Assembly: GCA_051294905.1 (NCBI GenBank) | Contig: CM119371.1 | Location: 6,202,001-6,266,000 of the forward strand | Length of the DNA stretch: 64,000 bases | Source of the DNA: Botryllus schlosseri | Taxonomy: Eukaryota | Reading direction: 5' to 3' | Shown: positions 39,207 to 52,534 of the stretch, one piece after another | Numbering within the stretch: position 1 is the first letter of the stretch | How the letters are laid out: the number at the start of each line of letters is the position of its first letter | Made by a program: the position numbers and the translations under genes | Notes under the pieces: model-generated | Databases searched by the model: none | The model's input: only the letters and a program-made list of their open reading frames with translations | What the model was told of the DNA's origin: nothing

Positions 39207-41075
39207 TATTGCTTTCAATACAACATCCATTGTAGCAGTATATTTAATAAACTCGAAGACTTTTCGGGTGCCTCTTTTCAAGAGTTATCGGCACACTAAA
39301 GAGATTTAAACAGATTTAAGAGCAAAACCAAAAAGGCAGAGTATGACGCAACAATCAAAATCACAGACCATGAAATTCGCATCGTATCAATGGCAACAAT
39401 AACAAACTACGAAGTATACGGACATACGGTACTATAGTAGCAGCACAATTTGTAAATAAACAATTACACGCACGGAACAACACGCACTAATGAGAAATTT
39501 GTAGGTTATAGAGGAAATCTTTCTGTCTGCATAAAATAGGTTTGCTCAACTGAATAATAGTAGACTCTTTTAAACACTTTTAAATGAAACACAGACCTAC
39601 CACGCGCAATGACAGTGAACATATTGTCATCATAGTGCTGTGCACAGGCAAGGTTTTCGCTCAGATGCTGACCGATTGACGAAGCATATGCTTGGTAATC
39701 ATCATAGCAATCTGTTTTTGCAGCCAATTTGCACTGACGTGCGAGCTCCGTGCGTTCATTTGCGCATGTTTTTGACCGAATCAATTTTGGGATATGCTGC
39801 TTGATACGCTCAAACAATCTTTGAGATGTACGTCCTACATACCTACTATCACAGTGGCACTTGTATTGGTAAACAACATTACTTGCATCAAAGGCAGGAA
39901 GTACATCTTTTCGAGAGTTGAGTAACAAGGGTTTCGTCGTGTACACTACATGCGTGTTAACGCTGTAGTAGCAACGGTGAACAGCCGATTTAATAAGCTT
40001 TTCAAATCGGCTAGACACGTTACCTAGCCAAGGTAGGTGTAAAAATGCCGGACATTTTTCTGGGCCATATTTTGGAGCTCTATACGACTTTTTCAATACC
40101 CTAGAGATGGAGCATTTTAATATGTGGTCCGGATAGCCATTTTTGGAGAGAATCAAGTGGATATCATCCAATTCGCGTGACAGTTTTTCCGGTGAGCAGA
40201 GGCGCAAGGCGCGATTAACGAGAGATGAAATGAGGTTTAATTTACGCCGCTTCGGGCAGAATGAATCCCAACGAATGTAATGACCAGTGAAAGTAGGTTT
40301 TCTGTACACCGACGTTAAAAACGTTTGTCCTGATCTCTCTACTAAGACGTCTAAAAAGGGAAGGGCAGCATCAGTTTCCTTTTCCACGGTAAATTGTAGA
40401 GCTGGATGGAGACAATTCAATTTTTCGAAGAAATTATTACACTCTCGCTCATTTTTAAAGGCAACAAAGGTGTCATCGACAAATCTAAAATAGAGGAGAG
40501 GTTTTGTGACGTTTTCAAATATATCGGCCAGACTAGGTCCCAACGGTGAACCCATCGAAATACCATTGCATTGACGGAACATCGTGTCATTAAAGCTGAA
40601 TTCAACGCTACTAGTAGCGGTTTGCAACAATTCAAGAAATATTTCACGCGGTAGTTTCGGAGGTTCAAGCGTGCCATCATAAAGCGCGTCTGCGCAGATT
40701 TCGAAAGTTTCCGACAATGGTACGTTAGTAAAAAGACTTTTCACATCAAATGAGCTAAGAAATACATTGGACGGATTTAATTTGGCGCGTTTTATTTCGT
40801 CTACAAACGTGAACGAGTCGCGGACGCAGTGGTGCGTATACAAGGATCGAACTGGCTCAATGAGGGTGTTAAGCCATTTGGCTAAATTATGCTGTGCCGA
40901 TCCCCAGATAGACAATATGGGGCGAAGCGGTACGTTATCTTTATGTGTTTTCGGTAAACCGTACATACGCGGCCGTTGTGATCCCGTTGGGCGTAGAGAC
41001 TCGTACAGATTTGAAGGAAGTACTCCATCCTTCTTCAGTTTGAGAAGGCGACGCTGCAGCTTCATTTCTAACTGA
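39207..41075 (-). mobile_element. 5'-truncated Penelope-like retroelement (RT plus GIY-YIG endonuclease)
   Basis: PRMYGLPKTHK..VPLRPI, SFDVKSLFTNVP, GISMGSPLGP, FRFVDDTF, TSVYRKPT, NVVYQYKCHCDSRYVGRTSQRL. Apparent deletion after ADIF and a frameshift near the C-terminus. Confidence 0.96.
39250..39286 (-). ncRNA. Minimal type I hammerhead ribozyme motif (U3-A8 variant) in the PLE 3' end
   Basis: Stem I AACTC/GAGTT, core UUGAAAA...GAAA, stem III AAG/CUU, predicted cleavage after UUC. Confidence 0.65.
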
Positions 41076-43685
41076 AGTCCTGTAAAGGCCACATGCACAT
41101 CGATTTCATTCTGCACAACCTGTCTATCATGCTCATGGGAATCATGTATTGGTTGCACCATTGATATCGGCTTGATTTGGATCGTACATTGAAGAAGCGC
41201 CGTTGGGTTGCAATTCGTGAACAAATACTGATATTCCCTGCTAGTTTTCAGTCATAAGGTATTATTCAAAGGTATGTAATGTCCGTAATGCTTTTCTCAA
41301 CTTCAAATCATCTGTAAAATACCGAGTTATATTATTTTATGGTAGACTGCAATTTAGTTGAAGTAGCTGGGAATATCAGTATTTGTTCACGAATTGCAAC
41401 CCAACGGCGCTTCTTCAATGTACGATCCAAATCAAGCCGATATCAATGGTGCAACCAATACATGATTCCCATGAGCATGATAGACAGGTTGTGCAGAATG
41501 AAATCGATGCGCATGTGGCCTTTATAGGACTGCATTCATGTACAATTTTGAAAACATGGCTATTTTATTGCAATATATTATCCCTACACGGCCGTTTTCA
41601 ACTGATAACGTCACAAAAGCTATACACCGGTGACGTGGTCAACATTACATATCCAATAGTAAGGAGAATTGCCCCGTGGATCTTTGGGGGGTTTTCGGGG
41701 ATAGAAGATCACGATGAAGATGACCAAAATTGCTCATAAAAGTGTTTTTATGTACTAAACCATCATTTTGGTCACAAGCATCGAAGTTTCCTGACAATTT
41801 TTCAAATCTGAACAACCCTAATGCATATGACTTATTATATGATAACATCGTCACATTGCACATTTTCACAACAGTTAGATCCTTGCAATGGCTGAAATTT
41901 ACTCCTGCAGAGCCAATTGTCATTGATATGGAGAAATCAAAATCGTATGCAAATGTGTTTTCTACAGAATATACACGGACGTTTAGTATGAACTCAATTT
42001 GTAAATCTTCACATTGGTGAAGCGGCTATTATAACTAACGCACCAATAAACGGAAACTAAAATTCCATTTGAAAAGTAATGACAGGGACAGCCTATCTAG
42101 TTCTAGATATCCCTGAGTAATGAGATAAATGTTCTGCAATATACGAAGTTTGTAGTAGAGTTTCTGGCATAGCAATACCGGTATAAGACGATGAACTTGG
42201 TAGGGTATTCCTACATGACCTCTTTTCATGACTTCAAAACGCTGGCGTTCATAACCTTGCAGTGGCAACAGTTTAGTTTGGTTCTATACGCACACGATTA
42301 AACCTCACAACAACTTTACTGACATCAACTACACATCCGCAGATATTTAGTCAGGTGCAGTGCATTGCTTTACGCGCGCACGGATGACGAATTACGATGA
42401 GTGACAAGGTGTGTGACGCAACAGTGCGTCCGACGCGCATCGTTGCCTTTGAAAACTTCGTATAACATCTAAAATCGATGATTCTTTATGATGTTGTTAT
42501 TATACAGACACGAGTCCCATACTTAGATTACTAACGTAACTTACACGTCCATATCTGCAGTGTTTAACACTGGCGTCGGGTAACTATTATAAGACCAACC
42601 TCTGTGATACTGATCCGGCTGAAGTGTTATGGACTGCATCTAACTATGTGTGTGACATTCAACTGTATATAAGGCAATCATAAGTGAATGTATATGGCCT
42701 TATGCGGCAATGCTCACACGTGCGATGGGGCAATGCTCACACGTGCGCAACATTTTTCATGTAACAGAATATTGCTTCATTTCACACCAACTTGAAGAGT
42801 GTTCTATCCCACTCATTTCCGATATTATGGTTTCTAAGAGCTTCTTGCGATAACAACTACTCTAAAACGACAACTGTGTCTGCTTACGACGTGTAGAACA
42901 GAAGGTATAAAGGGATTATATGATTAGCGTTCATTCAGGCGTTCTGAGCTACAGATTGTACTTTGCAGGAAACGTTTTTCTGTAAACAATCTGCATTTTG
43001 AACGAGTTATGTGATAACGCAACGGGTTACATATAGCTCGTCGTATGCGTGTTGACAATAGCTATTTATATAGACGATCACTGTAACCGTTGATGATTCG
43101 ATGACTGAAATTATACGCTCCTAGCCACTGAAAGTTGATATATCAACGAGGAGTTTATCAACGAGTTTATGCTAATTTCACTGTTGAAGCCTTGAAACCT
43201 TGATTGGCCGTATCGTAGCATGCGAAACATGAAGTACAAAGCTCCCAACGTTACTGGAAATAGCACATTTCCGAGGTCATGATCATCCCACAATATTGTC
43301 ACCAAGTGCAATGAAATCGGTATAGTCGAAAAAAATAGCAAAGTATCGTTAATATGATGAATAACAGGCATTATATTCTATGTGGTCGCTTAAAAGGTAC
43401 ATATTTGAACTTTGACAAATAATATTCTGCTATGACGTCATAATGAGTGATACTCGATTACTCGACTCGACTCGAATCATTTTACGTGATTCAGAATCGA
43501 TTCACTCAGGTACTCGATTTTGCCCAGCCCTAGTGGAACGTGTGACTATAATTGTTATGGCATACTTTGCTGCGTAACAGCGGCATATTAATGAACACTG
43601 AACAGTCTTTAAAGTAAACAAATTTCTGGTTCAGTATATATGGTTTTAGTCCATGCTGAAACATAGTCTGTCACTGCTTCCGCAG

Positions 43686-44600
43686 TGCGGAGCCGTACCT
43701 GCCTGAAGATGACCATTTTGTCTGTAAGTGCTCTGCGAGCTGACAGTGAGGCTGCGATTAGTGCAAGTGGATTTATTCAGATTGTGAAGATTGCCATAAA
43801 TCGTTCCTTGACGATTGTCCTGATGACAAGAGATGCAAATTTCAATCTAACTTGTGAAATCCAGACTCATTCTAACAGGGTTCTCACGACTATGCGAGAC
43901 GTACCTGCCCACCGGGACTAAGTATCGACCCATCGTCAGTCTACAACGCAGGCTACGGAGTGTGGGCTGATGTTGCTGTTCCAAAGAATACAGTATTTGG
44001 ACCTTACAAAGGCTGTATTGTTGGGAGGTATGATGTCAAGCATTTGATGAAAGTCTGCAGCGGGGGATATTCTTGGGAGGTAAAGACTTACTTCAGCTAC
44101 AGTAGCAACTGCATCAGGCACACTATTTTATGCATCAGGTCCATAAGAAATCTCAGCTATCCCACTACATTGACGGCAGTGATGCTTCGAAAAGCAATTG
44201 GATGAGGTTCATCAATTGTGCAAGGTTAGAATGATTAAGGGATTCAATGACTTGACTTTCAACCCAGCTGTCATCTGTCAGGTATCAGGAAGACCAAAAT
44301 CTCGTTGCTTTTCAATACCGAGGGGAGATTCATTACCGGTCATTCTGCGATATTAAGCCAAATACCGAGATGTTTGTTTGGTACGGCAATTAATTTGCGT
44401 CACAGCTCGGTATACAAGGATCGTTGAAGCAAAAATTTTGTCCCGCAACCTCTAACGAGAGTGCTATATCGGAACCAGTTTCAAGAGATCAACAAGGATA
44501 CGGGACTGAAATACTAGACAATCTAAAATCTGATCATGCTGACGTGAAAGATTACTCCTGTTTTCCAAGACGGCAATCTGGGGAAAAGTCGTATTCTGAT
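43686..44600 (+). pseudogene. PRDM9: PRDM9/PRDM7-like zinc knuckle plus PR/SET domain; premature stop; no zinc-finger array
   Basis: Exons 43686-43723, 43781-~43835, 43879-44079, 44139-44224 and 44282 onward give PEDDHFV|YCEDCHKSFLDDCP...PPGLSIDPSSVYNAGYGVW...FGPYKG...GYSWE|...YIDG...SNWMRFINCAR|YQEDQNLVAFQYRGEIHYR...VWYGN*FASQLGI. TAA at 44391-44393. Confidence 0.85.
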
Positions 44601-45635
44601 TTTGCCATGCAAGGCCATACGGCCATTCGTACTTTCGGGTATAGACCGCGGCGATATGTTAACGTAGCTGATATAGACGCGACAATGATATATCGTTATT
44701 CTTATGGATGCGGCGGTGATTCGTACTTTCGGGTATAGGCTGCGGGCGGAATGTCGTACTTTCAACAAAAAAGGCGTCAAAATTTGCAAAATCTAGGAAT
44801 TACTCGCATGGTAATGTTTTGGTAATTAGTTTACCACAGAGCCGGCGTAGACGGCGATTCGAATACCAACAATAACCGCGTTCACAAATTAACACTTCAA
44901 AAAGGTGTGAAATAGTTTGCAAAACCCCGCGATCGCTGACAAGATAATGTCTCGGACATAGCCATCTCTCGCGACTTGGTGTTACATGCATGCCGATCGC
45001 TCACGCGGTGAAATTTTCGTAAGCAGTTTGTCACAGAACTTGATTTCACTCGTAAGATTTAATAAGTAACGAATAACAGAACCACAGTGTCGGTAACTTG
45101 AATGGTGACAAATTGTCACTTATTTCTGCTCTAACCCTAATCCTTTGTGAAGTTAACGCTTATTCAGAAAGGTGTGAAATAATTTTAAAATCCTACGTCC
45201 GCTCACAGGGTAATGCTCCAGACATAGCGATCGCTCATGATTTGGTGTTACAGACATACCGATCGCTCACAAGGTAATATTTCGTAATTAGTTTGTCACA
45301 GAGCCGTCGTAGACGGTGATTCGTAAACCAACAATTTGACACTTTCTGGTGTTCGCTATATGTTTTGACACTTCGAAACGTGATTGACTTTAGTTGTAGG
45401 ATAAGAATTATGCGAACATACAAGTAATGTGTCAATTTGTCAACTTGAAATGAAACTTACTACACAGCTCAAGTTGATTCGTATCTGAATGTGTTAATTC
45501 GGTACAATTCTAATTAGTTTGAGAACTCTTTTTAACGTGATCTTTTGATTCGACCGTAACCTGAAGATTACTGACGCCAATCAAACTTTTAGTTACGGTA
45601 ACGCGCTGTTCATTCAGGCTGCTTGTATTTCGAGG

Positions 45636-46200
45636 TCAGTCAGGCAGGTTTATTAATATTTTCATCGTTTCAAAACATCACAAGACTGCGATACAATGAA
45701 AAGATAGGAGGGTGTCGAAACAACTTGGAGTAGCCATTAAGATCAGACACCCACCTTAGCCTAGGCGAAGTAAATAAGAGGCATGCACACTGAATGAAAA
45801 GTAATGCAGAGAATATAAGATGCAAGCGACAAAATGAGGTGGCATGTGGCGGAGGGCGAGGTCGATGTTAGGTCGTGGTCCGGTAACCCTGAAGACTGAC
45901 TAGTATTGATTTAGAAGAAATTGCTTGTATTTCGACTTGAATGCGGACATGCTCGACGACTGACGGATAGCCGGCGAGATGCTGTTCCACAATTGGGGTC
46001 CGGCATACTTGATAGAGCAATGCGTTTTCTTGTATTCAGTCCTGACCATATGGTAGTTGTTCTTCGTTGACGCGCGTGTGCTGTACTTGTGCGCTTTTGT
46101 CTCCGAGGTGAAGTAGTCCTTGAAATTTGAGGGACATTGACCGCAATGGAACTGATACATAAACTTGGCAATTTCTAGCTTCCTCATATCTTCTAAGTTT
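45636..46200 (-). mobile_element. CR1/L2-group (Crack/Daphne-like) LINE 3' end
   Basis: KLEIAKFMYQF...HKYSTR...SIKYAGPQLWNSI...FKSKYKQFLL*, then a 3' UTR with AATAAA and a short-repeat tail. The same 3' end occurs at ~52968-53095 (+) and ~36385-36485. Confidence 0.88.
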
Positions 46201-46559
46201 AGAACTTGTGTAATGGTGTTGGAAATGCATTATTCTTGGATTTATATTCTGTATGCTCACAATACGTAGTCACTGACTACTAGTCAGCTTCTTTTTTCTG
46301 TGGTTTTGTAAACAGAGCACGGCTAAAAAGGTAGAACACCATCTCCAAATGATGAAGCATTGGGTGACTTGCCTGAAAACGTTAGCACTTCAACACTAAT
46401 TTGGTAGGTGATCTTAAACCCTTACCAAATTTGTTACATCAAAGGCAAGTTTCTAACCACGGATATACGCCTACTGAAAAGGGGATTTAGTAACATCTGC
46501 TTTGATAGTGCTGGCAGCACGGCAGAGAGTGATGTCCTTAGCTCTGACTCACTAACCAA

Positions 46560-47653
46560 AATTCCATTCTTAATAAAATCCCGCTTCTGTCCTGCCACAT
46601 CCCATCCCGACAACTTTGTGACTGAAATTCACGTATCTACAGACCCTTCACGTAACCACCGCTCCTACCGTCTTCACGTCGCCACCTTGCGACCACCTAT
46701 GATACCGTACCTGCCTCTCCGCAACACAAAAAGATTCTCTGTATAATTTCCCATTAGTGCGTTCTAATTCGTGTTTGTTATTGTTTGGTTTCAAAATGCT
46801 ATGTTACTTGTATCATACTCTTCGAGTTTGTTATTGTTGCCATCGTTACATTGCGGACTTCATGGTATGTAATTTCTGATTGTTGCGTCATACTTCGCCT
46901 TTCTGGTTTTGCCTCACTTGCCTCCTCTAAACCCGCGTCACAGACGTATCACACGCGACACGACACGACTGATGAATTTGTAATAGTTAAGGTATAACAG
47001 ATTGATTAACCAACAGCAAACTACGTACCTTCTTGAAAAAACAATTGTACGACTTCAGGACTTCACTAATTGCAGTTTCTATTTCTTGCAGTGTTGCTTT
47101 GCCGTGGGCCTTTCTGCATGTACCTACAGTGATAGGAATATAGGGATGTAGCTGCTTAATAACAATTCCCGATGTCTGGGACTCTTACCCTAAAAATTCA
47201 ATACTTACATAGCAGAAGGCTATAGATCAGTGGTCGGGAACCTATGGCTCTTTTGGGTATAACATATGGCTCTTTGAGAATTTCTTAATTCTGTACTTAA
47301 TTCATCAATATTGCAGCAACCTGTTAGTAAATTTTCATGACGGCAAGAGTGATTATCCTCGTGGCAGCGCAAGCATGTCTTAGATAGGTCAAGACAGCGG
47401 GGTATCAAGGTTTAGGGGCTCGAACCGCCCTCTTTTCAAAATCACCAACTTTAAGTGACTGTCGCACCGGCGACTCACGCCTCGAGCGACTTCGATCTAC
47501 TAACCATCGCGCGCCTAGAAATCTTGGATTGGACGCTACCTTGATTGGCGAAAGAAAATGGCAGACATGGCAACACTTGTAGGACAATGCAGTTTTCAAA
47601 TACACAATGTCTTCCTGATCCACACCGAGAAATAAAATGCCTTGGAATGACAT
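46560..47653 (+). repeat. Dispersed duplication, copy B (pre-insertion state)
   Basis: Matches 34309-35257 joined to 36204-36352, with a single CTACTAAC. Confidence 0.95.
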
Positions 47654-48700
47654 ATCGATATCGAAAGCTTTGTCCAACATGCGGCAATCATTTTGTGCCT
47701 AGGTTTCATAGTCGACGGTCTTTTTGCGAGCGCAAACGGGAGGTCGCGAATATACGTATAGTTAGTCTCAATCTGATAAATTAGGCGTTCTTTCATTCTC
47801 ACAATGGGGTAACAATATTAAATGCAAGAAATCGAGTGACAAGATGTTACGCTAAGCGTGTAGAAAACTTTTACTTTTGATCAATCTATCGCAAAGTATT
47901 CTGCTTTATTGTAGTGTACGAAGATCTACCAAAATGTGACTGGCTCATAGATCTGAAATGCGTCGGAACTGATATTTCAGTCATCACATCTCAAGTGCTG
48001 CGGCCAGACTAATCAAATTTTTGATTACCTTGCAAGTTCACAATCAGTGCAATCCATTTTTGATAATACTACTAATTTCGGAAATTAACTCGCAGGCCAC
48101 GGGCAGGCCGGCCCTGAACTAGAACTATCAACTTTGCAAAATCTGCAATTAAAACTAGAACTCCTCACCTTCAAATATATGCAACTAGAACCAGAAACTA
48201 TTCACTTTTTCAAATCCACAACTGGAACTACTTGGTTTTAGTAACTAAAAGTAACTAAATGAGTAGGTTGATGTACATGTCTGACTACACTACAAAAAAT
48301 ATACAAATTTGGTCTCATTTTCAGCAATTTCAGTCAAGTGAGCAGGGTCGTAACCAAGTCACAAGTCGATCCCACTTCAATAGTTTTGACTAGATTCAAG
48401 TCGAGTCATTTTCAATTTACCACCGAGTCAAATCCGAGTCCAACTCATCGAGCAGAGCGTCGAGTTCGATTCATGGTTTTATGACTCGAGTCCAAGTCAT
48501 TGTGTTGACTGTTCAGTTTCCAGTTTATGTCTATTTTCCATCAATTTGGGTCTTACTTTTGAGACAGAAAGTAGCCTACTTGGCAAGAACAATTGGTCTT
48601 TCAGACTTCTTTTTCTGACATAATGATTCAAGACCATGGCATGCTACGCAAAAACTGGCTGACATTCCGCCATGACAAATATAGAAATATTACTATGCAC

Positions 48701-49207
48701 TAGGGCTGGGCAAAATTGAGTACCTGAGTGATTCGATTCTGAATCACTTATTACGCTTCGAGTCGAGTATCATCATGATGACATCACAACACAATGTATG
48801 CCAAAATTCAAATGTGCAGGCTATCTTTTATGCCACCATAAAGAACACAACGGCCATTGTCCGAATGTCCATCACATTAAAGATACTTTAATGTTTTTTC
48901 GACCATACCGTTTTCATTGCACTGCTTGACAGTGTTATGGGATGGTCATGACTTCGGAAATGTGGTATTTCCAGCAACGTTCTTAGCTTTGTACTATATC
49001 TCGTATGTTGCGACACTGCCAATCAAGGTTTCAGGGCTAACTCAGTGGAAAATATTGTTAAAACTACGGTATAATTCTCGTTAGAAAATCAACTTTCAGT
49101 ATATTTCAGAAGCCTACTCGAAAAGTAGTATTTTATTACTCGACTCGAATCAATAAAGTTAATACTTGATTCAGATTCGAGTACTCGAATCATTGTGGCT
49201 AGCCCTA
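48701..49207. mobile_element. hAT-type MITE (same family as 24906-25420)
   Basis: TAGGGCT...AGCCCTA termini; TSD CTATGCAC/CTAGGCAC. Confidence 0.85.
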
Positions 49208-52200
49208 CTAGGCACCAGCAAATAATTTTTATTAAAATCAACTTGTGACAGTTGCCTTCTTAAAATACATCTGATGTTTACCTGGATCTATAAACGATTG
49301 GCTTCATTGGCTAGCATCCAAAGAGCGACAGCTACTCAGCAAGCAAGAGAAATTGAGTTCGGATAATTTGCTTGCTGCTTTTCGTTATGGTCTCGAAGCT
49401 CGTCGCAGAGTATACCAAATGTTTCTCTCACGGATTTCTCGAATTCCCTGGTTTCTCTGTACAGTGTACATAAGATTAGATTTACCCAAACCATTATACA
49501 GCAATGCCAAAGATAAACTGACTTTGTCGTACGCAGATGTGATTGGTGGTTCTTTTCATTCCAGGACTCTATCCTCTTTGCTGGCTTTCAGTTTCTGCTC
49601 TCAGCTTCGGTTGATAATATACAAGCCAGAAACATGCTCGGGCTCTATTACTGATACTGGTATATTGAGTATAGAGCCCCATACACACCGAGAAGGCATA
49701 TCCGAAGCATCCCATAGCTAAAAGTTGAAGCCAACTTATCCGCATCCCACGAATATGCCTCTCCCACATCGTTTTCCACAAGCATATTACAACTGGAACA
49801 CCCCACAGACATGGTTTCGTAACTATCAACACTTACGGAGAATCGCGTTCATACTGGCCATAATTTCCCGCGAATTTACCGAAAAAACGACCTGTGTGAA
49901 CATAAGTTCGCGGTAACTCTAAATAGGTATGAACGCGCTCTTTTCCCGGAACTGTTTCGGTAATATTTTCTCTATGTGAACGTCGCCTGTTTCGGAACTT
50001 GTTCCCAAAAGAGTTTCGTAAATCCGGTATGAAAAGGGCCTTTATCAACATGAAATCAAACTCTCAACAAAAACACGCAACTAATCATTTGTAAACTCTA
50101 GCATTGCCAAAAAATTCAGGTATTGTTGATTGAAAATCCTTGAGTCCTTATTATCAAAAATGTTATAGTGCCGCATCCGAATCCATTTGCAGGATATACT
50201 AAAAGTAAATTCAGATAATCCAAAATGAAATATTAGGACTTTGACATTGTCAAAAGATTATACTAACGTCGATTAACGTAAATGGATTATCAAATAGAAT
50301 ACAAGATCTGGAACAATATATACAGACCTGCAAATGGCTGTCGACGCTACACCCGACGAAATCTTGCGCAACGTATATGACGGACCACAAGCTCCGACAA
50401 TAATGAAAGCTATCCGATAGTGCGCGATAAATTGTATTTATCGACCCACAAAACCAAACCATTTCACCCACAACCTATCCCAAGCATCGTCAACCCAGAT
50501 CACTCCCCCACCAATAACCACCCACATTATCCACCAAAAATCATAAACGATAAAATTACGACTACGAAGACTTAATATGAACAATACACGCGTACGAACA
50601 CCAATTAGTGGCGGCTTTTACTACGACCCGATGACGGGGACGAACCAAACCGGAAGAATTGCATTTATGAAATTATTGATATTTTATGTATACATAAAAT
50701 AAATGAATAAAAATCACAAAAACGGTTACAACCCTGGTTTTTGGTCCGCTTATGACTGGAGTCACAACTTTTTTTCGTCAGACGAGTCATGCGTGCGTCG
50801 AATTTGGAATAACCGCTAACCACAATCGGACAAGTCGCATCAATAAGGGGAATGTTTTCCAATCGTTTACTACAGAGCAGACGTGACTGCGGATTGCCGA
50901 AAAGGTATAAAGAGATTTTGTTCCGACTACAAACCGGACAATGCGACCTACACTGTAAAAAATAAAGGTGGATTTTTGGGTGGACTAGGGGTGTAAATAT
51001 CATTTACACCTTTACTAACAGGTGTAACGTCAGATCCACCTATTTTTAAGGGTGGATACCATTATCCACCTATTTAAATAGGAGTAAATGTATTTCCACC
51101 TCATGTTTCACCTCAAAACCTCACCATGCACGTGATGACGGTGAGGGGATTTCTAATCGGTAAGTTCAGATCCAAAACCATTACAAAAACATCTTAAATT
51201 CGAATCCCATCTAAATCTTGCAAAATTTCACAAATTCCTATTCATATTTGTTAGGTGTCATATTATGAAATTTTAGACGGAATAAATATGTGTTGTCTAT
51301 ATGTGCGTTGAGACGGGCAAGTTATCCATGAAAAGTAACGTTGAACATCAATAGTGGTTGCGTTATGTCTTATGCATACACATATAAATATAACGTAATG
51401 TTTACTTGTGTCGTAAATATGTGGGTTTGACGTTACTGAACCAGCGTATTGCTTTAGAGACTATACATTGATTGCGGTATAAAATATACTAACTCGATAA
51501 CTTTTCGTGCACAACGTTCATTGGCACCGAGTTTTCCATATTTTAGTAAACCATAAGTACATTATTAGCTGATCTGAATAAAGTTTGTCGCCATTGGCGA
51601 CACGAAATTTCAATCTCTCAGAAAATCGGTAAATCCAATCCAAATCAGAATCCATTAAGAAAGAAACTCCAATCATAATCCAAACCAAATCTGACAAAAT
51701 TGTAACAAATCCGGTTTTTCAAATCCACCGAATATTAACATTGAGAATATTTTGGCCTCAACAATACCAGATTGTTATGCTGGCTTACTTGGGTTCCAAA
51801 GTTTTCCAGAGGGAATGAAAATAGGGAGTGCTAAATTCTATGACGATGGTTGCGAACGGTACCAATGCAATGGAATATATGTTGTCAATATCACCAAACA
51901 GAGTAATAAAAAGTGGGTTTAACAAGACTTCAACTTGAAACTGAGCAGTCAACACAATGACTTGGACTCGGGCTCGAGTCATAATACCATTACAATGACT
52001 CGGAGTCGATCCCTCTGCTCGGTGATTTGGAGTCGGACATGACTCAATCCTGAATTCAAAATGACTTGACTTGACTCTCGAGTCAAAACTATGGAAGTGA
52101 GATTGACTTGTGTGACTCGGAGCATCGTGACTAGGTTACAGCCCTGATATATAACATACACGCGATGAGATTTCCTGCTGGAGCTCATTGAAATTTAGGA

Positions 52201-52534
52201 AACCCATTACGTTTCGGCAACGTGGCACCAAGTTTAACATGTCTTTTTTCGATCGGGGAGCTGTTCACTAAAAATCAAGCAAGGATAGCGATCTGTTTGA
52301 CTTGAATCGATGACGTTGGAATATTTTGTCACTGTCTGAAAATTTTGACTTGAAATATAAGATAAATACCTTCACTAGAGGCCTGGTTGCGATAGATTCG
52401 GTGCCGGCAAATACCGTTCCGCGACACACCAAGACATGCTACCTCGGCCGAAACATTGTGTATTTGTCCGTTGTCCATAGCCGCGCTGGATGGTAGCGAT
52501 GAATAGTCTTCTCAATCTCAGCCCCACAATACAA

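Larger units (their letters stand above)
38931..41827. repeat. Long palindrome whose left arm is split by a Penelope insertion
   Basis: Inner arms 41076-41243 / 41364-41531, outer arms 38931-39206 / 41544-41827, and a 120-bp spacer. Confidence 0.92.

Noticed and set aside
41076..41224. N-terminal ~50 aa of the 572-aa ORF as part of the Penelope protein
   Set aside because: It is palindrome-arm sequence fused in frame by chance (mirrored in ORF 41383-41739); the element is 5'-truncated.
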